Below, one piece after another: positions 28,345 through 40,024 of a stretch of 64,000 nucleotides of DNA (the first letter of the stretch is position 1; the number at the start of each line of letters is the position of its first letter). The stretch comes from the human T2T-CHM13v2.0 reference genome, Homo sapiens. The notes beneath the pieces were generated by a model, which was given only the letters and a program-made list of their open reading frames with translations, made no database searches and was not told where the DNA came from. Made by a program: the position numbers and the translations under genes. The stretch lies in NCBI RefSeq assembly GCF_009914755.1, contig NC_060943.1; one strand, given 5' to 3'.

Positions 28345-28885
28345 CGAACAATGGTTCTCATTTGGCTAAGCATCAAAATCACCTAGGGAGTCGGTGCAAA
28401 ACAAAATATCCCAGTCCCCTCCCCTGAAACACTGACTCAGGAGGTTTGGTTGGGGGCCAGGAGTCTGTTCCTAAATATTCCAGGTAGTTCTGGTGCAGGT
28501 AAGTGGCCCTGAGACAGTATGTTGGGAAATGCTGACGTAAAGGTATCAGGGCCGGGCGCTGTGGCTCATGACTATAATCCCAGCTGTTTGAGAGGCCAAT
28601 GCAGGAGGATGGTTGAGCTCAGGAGTTCGAGATCAGCCTGGGTAACATAGCGAGACCCCACCTCTGCCAAAAAAAAAAAAAAATAGGGTATCCAAATATC
28701 TAGATTCTGATCCCTTTTGAGGTCCTAGACCCTTTGAGAAACTGATGAAGCCAGGCACCTCCTTCCTCAGGAAAATGCTGGTGTACAAATACACACAAAG
28801 CTCTTCAGGCAGCTGATAGATTTCCCCCAGAGAGCTATTCAAGGACTTCCTAAGGTGGGTGGACTGCAGGGTTAGGACACCTGCT
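28345..28885. mobile_element. hAT-type DNA transposon remnants (MER5A-like) and an Alu monomer in the LRRC8E 3'UTR
   Basis: caatggttctc...gcatcaaaatcacctaggg...ccaggtagttctggtgcagg; Alu monomer at 28549-28683. Confidence 0.6.
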
Positions 28886-28948
28886 ATAGAGGTGACATTT
28901 TTCCAAGGACAAGCAGGGACTTTGGTCTTGACTGTTCTCTGGGTGCTT

Positions 28949-28954
28949 AATAAA
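28949..28954 (+). terminator. LRRC8E: LRRC8E poly(A) signal AATAAA
   Basis: AATAAA followed by a U/GU-rich downstream element. Confidence 0.8.
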
Positions 28955-30399
28955 TAATACTAATTATGCAAGTTCTAGTTTTGATCTCTTATGTGCACTC
29001 CTGTCATTGTCTAACACCGTCCATTAGGGCCAGACATAGTGGCTCATGCTTGTAATCCCAGCGCTTTGGGAGGCTCAGGTGGGAGGATCGCTTGAGCTCA
29101 AGAGCTTGAGACCAAACTGGGCAACATAGTGAGATCTCATCTCTACAAAAACATACAAAAAAAAGTTGGCCAGGTGTGCTGATGTGTGCCTGAGGTCCCA
29201 GCTACTAGGCAAGCAGAGGCAGGAGGATTGCTTGAGCCCAGGACCCAGGAGGTTGAGGCTGCAGTGAGCTGTGATCACACCACTCCACTCCAGCCTGAGC
29301 AACAGAACAAGACCCTGTTTTTCTTTCTTTTTTTTTTTTTTGAGACGGAGTCTGGCTCTGTCACCCAGGCTGGAGTGCAGTGGCGCAATCTTGGCTCACT
29401 GCAACCTCCGCCTCCTGGGTTCAAGCAATTCTCTGCCTCAGCCTCCCAAGTAGCTGGAATTACAGGCGCCTGCCACCATGCCCGGCTAATTTTCGTATTT
29501 CTAGTAGACACGGGGTTTCACCATCTTGGCCAGGCTGGTCCTCTCCTGACTTCGTGATCCATCCGCCTCGGCCTCCCAAAGTGCTGGGATTACAGGCGTG
29601 AACCACCATGCCCGTAACCTTTTATTTCATGTGACCAAGTAACACCCGTGTGCCAGAATCAAGGATGAGTCTCATGTTCTCAGAGCAGAGGCACAGAAGG
29701 CTGCCTGGAAGACGGAAAGGTAAAGACCTCAGCTATAACTCTACACTTGTGTGTGCTCCACCCACAAATCGTCACCAGAGGAGTTCCGACAAGCCGGTAA
29801 CTCTCATCCCAAAGTGTTCCCTCGTTGGACCAGAAGCTGGAAGGGCACTTGGCAGAGTCTGCCTGGCCCTGGCCACCTCCCGGGTGTCCGCAAAATCAGA
29901 ACTTCCTTCTCGCATCTAAGAGCAGAGGGAAGCCGCTCTTGGGGGGATCCCTGGGTTCCAGATGGGACATTTCCCCAGCACCCGTCGGACCACTTAAAGG
30001 AGTGGTTTAGGCTGCCGGGGGCCCAAGCACTGGCACCTAACCCCAGCGCCCCTCCTCAGATAGGAATTCTCCACGTCCAGGCGCTGGGCTCACGTTCCGG
30101 GTGCGAGAGAGATAAGGGGGGTGTCTTGAGGTTCTATGTGGGTCTGGCCAACAACTCTGGCCTTGACCTTGGCCCCGTCGCCGAGGGCAGGGGTCACACC
30201 GCTGGGTTCCCATGGCCGTCCCCTCCCCCCTGGCTTCAGCCAACTCTGAGCCTGCTGGGGCTGGCAAGAAGGGAAAGGGCTCTCGACGGAGCCTAATTAC
30301 GGTGAGGAGGCGGCACCCCGCTGCCAGCAGGAGGCTAGGAGGTAATTAAGCACAAGAGGAATCCTAATAAAGCACCATCAGTGAGGAAGGCATTCCGAA

Positions 30400-30907
30400 G
30401 GGACGCCCAAGCCGACCGTGAAAAGCGAGGAGGCTGAGGCTGCACCGCCGTGGAGACCAGGGATCGACTGCCGCTTTGGGAACGAGGTTCCAGGAATGCG
30501 CATGCGCAAAAGCCACGCGGGCGAACACGGCTTCGCCTCGCTAAGCATGCGCGCCGTTTTCCCCGCCCACCGTCCTCAGAAGAATGGTGTTTCCTCGCAG
30601 CGCCTCTCTCAGGAGCGATCGGGAATTGGCGCATGCGCACTACGGTGGTGGTGGCGACGAAGGCGGGGGTTGCACGTTGCCTGCCTCGAGCTCTAGGTGG
30701 CGTCATCCTTCGGGCTGAGCCGAAGCACGCACGCGCGGAGGTTCGCACGCGGAGAAGGGCGGGTGCGCGCCGCGGGCATGCGCGGTGCGGGGCGAGACGG
30801 CGGCTCGACGGGGTCATCCGGGCGCAGGCGCAGTGCGGTGTTTGTCTGCCGGACTGACGGGCGGCCGGGCGGTGCGCGGCGGCGGTGGCGGCGGGGAAGA
30901 TGGCGGC
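30400..30907 (+). promoter_or_regulatory. MAP2K7: MAP2K7 CpG-island promoter with NRF1 and YY1 motifs
   Basis: TGCGCATGCGCA at 30497-30508, GCGCATGCGCA at 30629-30639, AAGATGGCGGC (YY1) at 30897-30907 overlapping the ATG. Confidence 0.85.
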
Positions 30908-31023
30908 GTCCTCCCTGGAACAGAAGCTGTCCCGCCTGGAAGCAAAGCTGAAGCAGGAGAACCGGGAGGCCCGGCGGAGGATCGACCTCAACCTGGATAT
31001 CAGCCCCCAGCGGCCCAGGCCCA
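30900..31023 (+). CDS. MAP2K7: MAP2K7 (MKK7) exon 1
   Basis: MAASSLEQKLSRLEAKLKQENREARRRIDLNLDISPQRPRP|gtaagc; 124 nt. Confidence 0.97.
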
Positions 31024-32762
31024 GTAAGCACGGCGGCGTGGGGGAGGGGGCGGGCGGGCGGGGCGGGGCGCGCGCCGCGGGAGGCCCCGCCCCCACCACA
31101 AGGCCCCGCCCCCGCTTCCGGGGCGCTCGCTCTCCTCTCCGCCCCCCCCGCTGCGGGCTCGCGGGGCGAGGGTCACGGTGACCCGGGGGGCGTGGAGCCG
31201 GCGAGCTCCGGGGGGTTCGCACCCTCAGGGCTTGGGAGCCCAGTTCCCGGACCCAGGCGAGGCCCCCAGCTGATGACCCGCCCCCATCGCCGTGATCCTC
31301 TGGGTCGGGCTTCCCCGACTCCACGCGACAGTGACCACATCCAGGTCGCCCCGAAAACACAGACACGTCCCTGTTGACCTGATGCTACCACTCTCGTCAT
31401 CTCAGGGACTGTCTGGCGCCCCCCTCCCCCGGCCTGGGGGCTTGTCAGCCCCGTGCAGCGACGATCTACGCACACGCGCACGCCTGGCTCGGGGACACCT
31501 GAGGTTACTTGACCACATAGAGCCCCTCCCCATCTCTTCTGACCCGAGGATTCTCCCTCTCGCTCTCCCTGTGACCGTGTCTGAGGTGGGGGGACGGGAG
31601 GGGGTCCCTTCTCCCCCTCTTGGCGACAGTGACCATGGCATTGGGCTCAGCAGACCCCCTCCCACATACACCAGGCCCCGCAAATCCCTGTGACCAGTTT
31701 CACTGCCACCATCTTGGTGAGCGTGTGGTGTCTGACCTCCAGAAATGCACATCGACCCCCAGCCAGCCCGGTGACTTTGTCACCTGTGTTCAAGTGATGG
31801 CTCCCCTTCCCTTCACACCCACACCCACCTGACCTGGGGACACCTGGGGCCAGTGTGACTCTAGGCCTGCTCCCGCCGCGCCCCAGCATACATCCACCTG
31901 CTTTCTGATCAGTCCCACCACCTCGGTACCTACCTCCCTGACACCTTGTCATCCTAGATCAGTACCTCTCGCTTCACACACACCTGGCCTGGGAACACTG
32001 ACCATATCTAGTCTCCCGGCTTTTTCCCCAAGATCCTGGTCTCTAAATCCTCTGGGCTGGAGGAAATTAGATTTTCAAACCCTGTGAACACCACCCCTGA
32101 CCCATGATCCTTTTTGTGTCTTTCTTGACCCAGTAAAATTCTCTCTTGTCTCCTCTGATGTGACCTTCGTAGTTTATTTAGTTCTCTCTATGGAGTCATT
32201 ATGGCAGGCGAGAAAGGTACCCCCGTATCTGGGCACCCCACCCATTCCCTGGTCACCCAGCCTGACCTTCACAGCCTGACACCCTCCTGTCCCTCCCTCT
32301 CCTGACCTGAGTCAGCGTGGGTTCCTCCTTGGGGAGTCTCTTGGGGGTCCAGAGAAATCATGGAGGTGGGGATTCTGGTGCAGGACACTGCCTGAGACAA
32401 GAAGCCCAGCCAAGACACGGGTCCCTGCTAGCCCCTGGGGGCCGCCCTCCCTGGCCCCTGAGTGGATGAGACAGGGTTGAGTCCAGGATCCCGGGTGCCT
32501 TCAGGGGTGGCCGTTCCCATGCAGAGCTAGGAGGCCGGTGGCAGGCAGGCCCCCGAGGAGTCCCCTCCAGGCGTCTCTGTCTGTGTCAACTCCATCCCAT
32601 CCTCCCCGCCCTCCCCATCTCTGTCGGTTCCTAGCCATCTCTGCAGTTCGGTGCCTCCCCCTCCTCCTCGTTTATGATTTGATTTCTTTTCTTTTGGACG
32701 AATCAGTCGTTTCTGTTGTGATTTATCGTGGTGTTGTTTTTTTCTTCCTTTTCCCCATCCAG

Positions 32763-32810
32763 TTATTGTGATCACTCTAAGCCCTGCTCCTGCCCCGTCC
32801 CAACGAGCAG
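32763..32810 (+). CDS. MAP2K7: MAP2K7 alternative 48-nt cassette exon 2 (gamma isoform)
   Basis: ccccatccag|TTATT...GCAG|gtacca; IIVITLSPAPAPSQRA; frame-preserving. Confidence 0.9.
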
Positions 32811-33429
32811 GTACCAGCCTTTTTATCATCGCTGCTTGGACATCTGCACCATTGACCTAACCGCTGCCCCGGCCGCAGAATGGCGTCCCCCAGCCCCCAT
32901 GCTCTGTGTGTGTCCCCATGTCCCTTCCCCTCACTCTCACTTTCTCTCTCACTCCACTCAAGCAGCGGTCAGCCCAGCCCAGCCTCCTCTGCGTCCTCCC
33001 TCCTCCTCCCCCTCCCTTACTCCCAGCTCCACTTTGGACTCCCTGGAGGAGGAGGTGGGCTCCCCCACTGAATGGGAGTCTGTGGCCTCCGGGGGTGGGG
33101 GGGGTGCACGCCTGTGTGTGTGTAACTGAGAGAACGAGAAAGTTGGGCCTGGTGGGTGGGTGGCCTGTGCCTATGGATCTCTCTCAACAACTAGGTGAAC
33201 ACATAGCACCCCCCGGGTTCCATACCAGCCCTGGGCGCCAGGGACACAGCAGTGAATAGAACAGATGGAGCCCCTCTCCTCTGTAGCGGGGGGCTGCAAT
33301 AGGGGGGCCCACTGGACAAGGAGCACATTCCCACCAGAGAGAACATTCTAGCTGGGTGAGCGGCCCTGCAGGGGGCCAGCCTGGGGGAACCTCTGGAGAC
33401 GGTGGGAATTGAACAAAGCCTCTGGGGAG

Positions 33430-34112
<683 letters not shown>

Positions 34113-35013
34113 TTAAAAAGCGTCTTGAAGGAGTTGGGGGGGGAGAGAAGACAGGGCCGCCAGGGCTCTGAGCGCAGCGCCAGCCTGTGTGGGGCATGCA
34201 GGCTGTGCCCCACGCCTGTGTTGGGAGAGAGAGTAGATGGGGTGCCTGGCCCTGTGAGTGGTTGTGAGTATGTGTGTCCGAGGGCAAGGGGGACTCTGTC
34301 CCGGCTGCATGGGTGTTAGGTCCACGGCATGCCCCGGGTGTGTGTTGTGCGTGCGTGCACTTGCACGGCATGTGCGTGCATGTTGACATGGCAGCCGGTG
34401 CACCTGTGGCTCCTGTCGGCAGACACGTGCCCTCCAGCCTCTCGCTCTCTCTCATCCGTTCTCTTTCTCATCCTCACCCTCTTGCTCTCACTCCACCCTC
34501 CTGAGCTGCCATGTGGCCATCACCACCTCTGTGGCCTCTGTTCTCAGGGCCTTTGTGTACCTCCTTCCCCCAGTGCCTACCTGAACCCTCCCTTCCATCC
34601 CCCCATGCTCCAGTCTGTGGTCCGGCAGCCTCCTCCCCAGGCTCCGGGGCCACCCTCGGAAGGCCTGGTGGGCTCTGTCAGGGAAGGGGCCCACAGGACT
34701 CCTCGAGGGCTGTGGTCGTCAACCGCTGAGTGCAGGGTGTGAGCGGGACTCGGATACTCTCTGAGGGCGGGAACTAGGCAGTGTCTCAAGAGATGCCAGG
34801 TGCACAGGGGTTGGGGGCTGGGTTGGGGGGAGCACAGGCCCTCGGGAGCCAGAAGGGGACTGGGGCTGTGGCTCAGGCCATGGACAGAGCAGAGGCGCAG
34901 GGACCTGAAGAAGCAGAGGGAGAAGCCTGGCCAACATAGCGAGACCCCATCTCTACTCAAAAGACAAAAATTAGCTGGGTGTGGTGGCGTGTACCTATAA
35001 TCCCAGCTACTCA

Positions 35014-35112
<99 letters not shown>

Positions 35113-36709
35113 CTATCTCAAAAAAAAAAAAAAACAGTGGGAGGTGACGTGGTGCTGCAGAGGCGGCAGTGGCCAGGACAGCGGGAGGGGCACGGGAGGT
35201 GAGGCCTCTAGGCCAGTCATGAACGCTGGGCCTGGCTGTGTCCCAAGGTCCCCAGAGCCCTTCCCCTGCTCCTGCCTGGTCCTCCAGGAGGGGAGCTAGG
35301 GGGCACAGCTCCTGCAGGGGCTGGCAGGACCAGATAGGGGCAATGCTGGGCCTCCTGCATTGGGACTGAGGCGTCTTCCTGCCCCTCCTACTGGCTGAGA
35401 TCAGGGTCCTGGGCACACGGGAGGGACGGGGTTTAGCTGCCAGCATGGAGCGGGTTTGTCTGTTCATATTAGTCCCTGGGCACCAGTCACCAGGAGCCTG
35501 CAGAACTGTGGGGAGAAAAGGTGGACGAGGCAGGAGGAAAAGAGGGGAGAGGGGCTTGTTGGCTGAGGGCTTTGGAGAGCGGCAGGCCCCAGCTCCTGTG
35601 GGAGGGGCACCTTGGTAGGTGTGTGTAGCCGTTGTCAGGGCCTCTAGGATGTGACGTGTCAGGATTGGCTCCTCTGGAGGCCACGTTAGCATCCCGGCCT
35701 CTGTTCCTGCACCCTGTTGCCAGCCCAGCCAGGGAGACCCTAGCTCCTCCGGGAAGCTGCCCTCCTGTCCCAGGCCCCTCTCTGGCCTGTCTCTGCAGCG
35801 CCTCCTCTGGGCACCTGGGCCCTAGTCTTGGTTCCTGTCTGTCTGTCTGTCTCCTGCCCTCCCACCCCTAATGCCGCCTGCCCACCCCAGGGTGCCTGCT
35901 GCCTGCCCGCCGCCTGCCCACCCGCTGTAGCATGCCCGAGCTGCCCGCATGCAGGCTGCTGGATGAGCCAACCCCCGCCTGGCCCAGCATTGGCCCCACC
36001 TGGTCCCGCCAGCCCCTGCAGGAGCTGTGCCCCCGAGCTCTCCTCCCAGAGGATGCAGGCCCCCTGAGGTCCTGTCCTGCCCCCATGGGCCCCAGCTCTG
36101 CAGGCCAGGCCAGGAGGCCCTCATGTCAGCCCACTGGCCCGAGGGGGGCCCTCCCTGACCCCGGAACAGAAGATAGGGCAAGGCAGCCTGAAGCCTGGGT
36201 CTCGTGCCCGCTGCCTCCCCAGCGTGGCCCTGCTCGCTCTTGTCTGGGAGCCAACTTCAGTGCTACCAGCAGAGCCACAGCCTGGGCCAGCCCTGGCAGG
36301 CACTCCGCCCTGGCCTATCCATCCTGTGGGTGCTGTGGCCCTGGGCCTGCTTCCTGGGCAGAAGTGGGAGGAAGTGCACACACCTGTCAGGGAGGCCCCC
36401 TGGCCGAGGGACACCTCAGGTCCCCATCTCGTTTCTCCGTCAGCGTAGACTTGGGGCTCCCTCTCCCCTGCTAGCCTCCTCCATCTCTTTCCAGGTCAGG
36501 GGATGAGACAAGGGACCCTGAGAACAGTCTGGGGTGGGAGGGAGACCCCAGCTCCTCCAGCCCAGCAGGGCAGGGGGCTGTGCCAGCCTAGCTCGGGAAA
36601 CCCAGGAGGGGAAGGTGAGGGTCCCGACCCCTCCCTGGAGTGCCAGATGTGGAGCTGACACCAGCTGGGCGCTGACCCCCCTCCCTGCCACTGGTTCTCA
36701 CCCCCCTAG

Positions 36710-36851
36710 CCCTGCAGCTCCCGCTGGCCAACGATGGGGGCAGCCGCTCGCCATCCTCAGAGAGCTCCCCGCAGCACCCCACGCCCCCCGCCCGGCCCCG
36801 CCACATGCTGGGGCTCCCGTCAACCCTGTTCACACCCCGCAGCATGGAGAG
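36710..36851 (+). CDS. MAP2K7: MAP2K7 exon 3
   Basis: cctag|CCCTGCAG; TLQLPLANDGG...RPRHMLGLPSTLFTPRSME; 142 nt. Confidence 0.95.
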
Positions 36852-37017
36852 GTGAGCCAGGGGCCCAGCAGGGTTGGGTGGGAAGCAGCATTGAGGGGCC
36901 ACCGTGCCAGCCCTGGGAGGAGGGTGGTTAAACCGGTGGGAACCCCGGTATGGGGGACTGGGGTGGCCAACCTAAGGTCAGGACCCACCTCCACCGGCAC
37001 CTGCTCCATGTCCCCAG

Positions 37018-37084
37018 CATTGAGATTGACCAGAAGCTGCAGGAGATCATGAAGCAGACGGGCTACCTGACCATCGGGGGCCAG
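37018..37084 (+). CDS. MAP2K7: MAP2K7 exon 4
   Basis: IEIDQKLQEIMKQTGYLTIGGQ; 67 nt. Confidence 0.95.
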
Positions 37085-37214
37085 GTACCACCTTCACTGT
37101 GGCGGGGAGAGGGAGGAGGCCCAGCCAGGCTGGACCCATCCTGGGAGCGCCAGTGGGGGGCAGGGGGCGGTGGCAGAGGCCCCAGGGACCCTCCAACCCT
37201 CCCTCTCCTCCCAG

Positions 37215-37328
37215 CGCTACCAGGCAGAAATCAACGACCTGGAGAACTTGGGCGAGATGGGCAGCGGCACCTGCGGCCAGGTGTGGAAGATGCGCTTCCG
37301 GAAGACCGGCCACGTCATTGCCGTTAAG
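37215..37328 (+). CDS. MAP2K7: MAP2K7 exon 5 (Gly loop, IAVK)
   Basis: RYQAEINDLENLGEMGSGTCGQVWKMRFRKTGHVIAVK. Confidence 0.96.
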
Positions 37329-37407
37329 GTGAGCCTTGGCGGCTACCCCGGCTGCGCCCCACACCCCAGGCCGGTGCTGAGGCTCCCTCCTGTCCCTGCC
37401 TGTGCAG

Positions 37408-37527
37408 CAAATGCGGCGCTCCGGGAACAAGGAGGAGAACAAGCGCATCCTCATGGACCTGGATGTGGTGCTGAAGAGCCACGACTGCCCCTACATCGTG
37501 CAGTGCTTTGGGACGTTCATCACCAAC
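37408..37527 (+). CDS. MAP2K7: MAP2K7 exon 6
   Basis: QMRRSGNKEENKRILMDLDVVLKSHDCPYIVQCFGTFITN. Confidence 0.96.
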
Positions 37528-37650
37528 GTGAGTACCTGGCCGCGCCCTGCAGCGTCTCCTCCTCCCTCACCCCTGCCCCTTCCTAGGGAGCAGAGCCTCT
37601 GGGGGGTGGGCCGGAAGACACAGCTCCCCCGGGTGCCCCTCTCCCTGCAG

Positions 37651-37758
37651 ACGGACGTCTTCATCGCCATGGAGCTCATGGGCACCTGCGCTGAGAAGCT
37701 CAAGAAGCGGATGCAGGGCCCCATCCCCGAGCGCATTCTGGGCAAGATGACAGTGGCG
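37651..37758 (+). CDS. MAP2K7: MAP2K7 exon 7
   Basis: TDVFIAMELMGTCAEKLKKRMQGPIPERILGKMTVA|gtgagt. Confidence 0.95.
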
Positions 37759-37880
37759 GTGAGTGACCAGGCGGGGCTTGCACTGGGCAGGATGACAGAG
37801 GCGGTGAGTGACCAGGCGGGGCGTGCACTGGGCAAGATGACAGTGGCGGTGAGTGGCCAGGTGGGGCGTGCACCGGGCAG
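37738..37880 (+). repeat. 3 x 45-bp tandem repeat spanning the exon 7 donor
   Basis: Units start at 37738, 37783 and 37828; each contains GCG|GTGAGT. Confidence 0.95.
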
Positions 37881-37934
37881 GTGGCCTTGGGTCTGTGCCC
37901 CCTGCCACATGCACCCCCCTCTGCGTGCCTGCAG

Positions 37935-38114
37935 ATTGTGAAGGCGCTGTACTACCTGAAGGAGAAGCACGGTGTCATCCACCGCGACGTCAAGCCCTCC
38001 AACATCCTGCTGGACGAGCGGGGCCAGATCAAGCTCTGCGACTTCGGCATCAGCGGCCGCCTGGTGGACTCCAAAGCCAAGACGCGGAGCGCCGGCTGTG
38101 CCGCCTACATGGCA
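37935..38114 (+). CDS. MAP2K7: MAP2K7 exon 8 (HRD, DFG, SKAKT activation loop)
   Basis: [26 protein letters not shown]...[26 protein letters not shown]. Confidence 0.97.
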
Positions 38115-38204
38115 GTGAGTGGGGGCCCCCCAGCGGGGGAGGGGGTGGGGGCTGGGAGGCCGGCCCCAGCCTTGGAGATACGTCTCCTCCTCCCCCCCCT
38201 GCAG

Positions 38205-38285
38205 CCCGAGCGCATTGACCCCCCAGACCCCACCAAGCCGGACTATGACATCCGGGCCGACGTATGGAGCCTGGGCATCTCGTTG
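38205..38285 (+). CDS. MAP2K7: MAP2K7 exon 9
   Basis: [27 protein letters not shown]. Confidence 0.96.
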
Positions 38286-38390
38286 GTGAGTTGGGGCCCT
38301 CCCCTGTTCTCCAGCCAGGAGTGAGGGCTTCTGGGGGACTCGGAGGGAGGAGAACATAAACCTGTCCAGCCCTGCCCGTCTCCCTCCCAG

Positions 38391-38533
38391 GTGGAGCTGG
38401 CAACAGGACAGTTTCCCTACAAGAACTGCAAGACGGACTTTGAGGTCCTCACCAAAGTCCTACAGGAAGAGCCCCCGCTTCTGCCCGGACACATGGGCTT
38501 CTCGGGGGACTTCCAGTCCTTCGTCAAAGACTG
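38391..38533 (+). CDS. MAP2K7: MAP2K7 exon 10
   Basis: VELATGQFPYKNCKTDFEVLTKVLQEEPPLLPGHMGFSGDFQSFVKD. Confidence 0.95.
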
Positions 38534-39103
38534 GTGAGAACCTCCCTCCACTTGGGAGGTCAGGGACAGCCCGCTGCTCTGGGCAGCTGGGGAGGCAATG
38601 GCAGGAGGGGAATGGAGGCCGCACCCTGGGATGGGCGGATGCGACTGTGGGCGGGCTCCTGGCTGGCGGCTGCCACAGGAGCTGGAGCTGGTGCCCGGGG
38701 AGCCATGAGCTGGGTTTGGACCTAGCCTGAGGGGACAGCCAGCCCTGTGGCATTTGGCGGGGTGGCTGTTGGAGATTGTGAGCACGCTTCTGCAACAAGC
38801 ACAGCTACAAGTTCAGGAGGGCCATGTTCGATTCTCTCAGGGGAGCCCCACCCACCTTTCTGGGGGACCTCAGCCAGCTCTGGCCCCCCAAGCCAGGCCC
38901 TTGCCACCTGGCCCTAGGCCAGGAGGCTCCGGGACTCACAGTTGCTCCCCGCTGTCAGCCGGGGTCCTGAGGACATCCACAGCTCCTTCCCCCACACACA
39001 TCTTGGGGACCCCTGGCCCCTTGGGGAGGGCCTGAGCACAGGGGTGGGGCCGGCATCCCCTCCTCCCTCGTTCTCACATCTGTCTTCCCTTCTCTTGCTC
39101 TAG

Positions 39104-39149
39104 CCTTACTAAAGATCACAGGAAGAGACCAAAGTATAATAAGCTACTT
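39104..39149 (+). CDS. MAP2K7: MAP2K7 exon 11
   Basis: (C)LTKDHRKRPKYNKLL; 46 nt. Confidence 0.94.
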
Positions 39150-39251
39150 GTGAGTACCTGAGCCCTCCCAGTCCCCGTCCTGTCCCTGCGGAGGCGCGAG
39201 GCCAGGAGGGAAGACCGTCTCCTCCTAAGCCCCACCCCCTCGGGCCCACAG

Positions 39252-39386
39252 GAACACAGCTTCATCAAGCGCTACGAGACGCTGGAGGTGGACGTGGCGT
39301 CCTGGTTCAAGGATGTCATGGCGAAGACTGAGTCACCGCGGACTAGCGGCGTCCTGAGCCAGCCCCACCTGCCCTTCTTCAGGTAG
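39252..39386 (+). CDS. MAP2K7: MAP2K7 exon 12 coding part
   Basis: EHSFIKRYETLEVDVASWFKDVMAKTESPRTSGVLSQPHLPFFR*; total 1260 nt = 419 aa without exon 2. Confidence 0.96.
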   Translation, partial: EHSFIKRYETLEVDVASWFKDVMAKTESPRTSGVLSQPHLPFFR

Positions 39387-39995
39387 CTGCTTGGCGGCGG
39401 CCAGCCCCACAGGGGGCCAGGGGCATGGCCACAGGCCCCCCTCCCCACTTGGCCACCCAGCTGCCTGCCAGGGGAGACCTGGGACCTGGACGGCCACCTA
39501 GGACTGAGGACAGAGAGTGGGGGGTGCCCACCCACCCCCCCCGCCCCGGGCCTACCAAGCCCCCGCCCTTCCCACCCCGGGGTCAGCCGGCCGTGTGCGT
39601 CCCCCGACAGACACTGTGAACGGAAGACAGCAGGCCGCGATCAGAGTCGCTGTTCATTCAGCCGCAGCCTCTGGGCCGGGGCGGCCCCCAGGGGCCAGGA
39701 GAGAGCCCTGGAGTCCCGCAGCCACCATGCACGCTCCCAGCGTGCTGTGTCCTTCGCCACTCCCACGCGCCCGTTCCTCTTCCGTCGCCCTCTGTCCCCT
39801 GCTCTACCTCTCTGTCCTTGTCTGGCTCTCCCGTCACCCTCCCTGCCTCTGTCTCTCTTCTGGCCTGAGCCTGGGCCCAGCCACCTCCTGACGGGTCCCC
39901 TGGGTCTGCATAGGTCTCCCATGGCGCAATGAGTCAGTGGCCCCCAGCCAGGCAGTGTGGGCATTGCCACTGCGGCTGGACGGGGCTGCGCGCTC

Positions 39996-40024
39996 GCGCT
40001 CTCTCTCTCTCTCTCTCTCTCTCT
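39996..40024. repeat. (CT)n microsatellite in the MAP2K7 3'UTR
   Basis: About 13 CT units following a CG-alternating stretch. Confidence 0.9.

Noticed and set aside
37085-37214. In-frame retention of MAP2K7 intron 4
   Set aside because: The intron is 130 nt in this sequence, so retention shifts the frame.
37491-38357. 288-aa antisense ORF over the MAP2K7 kinase exons (likewise 26604-27395 over LRRC8E)
   Set aside because: Shadow ORF from codon bias of the sense CDS.
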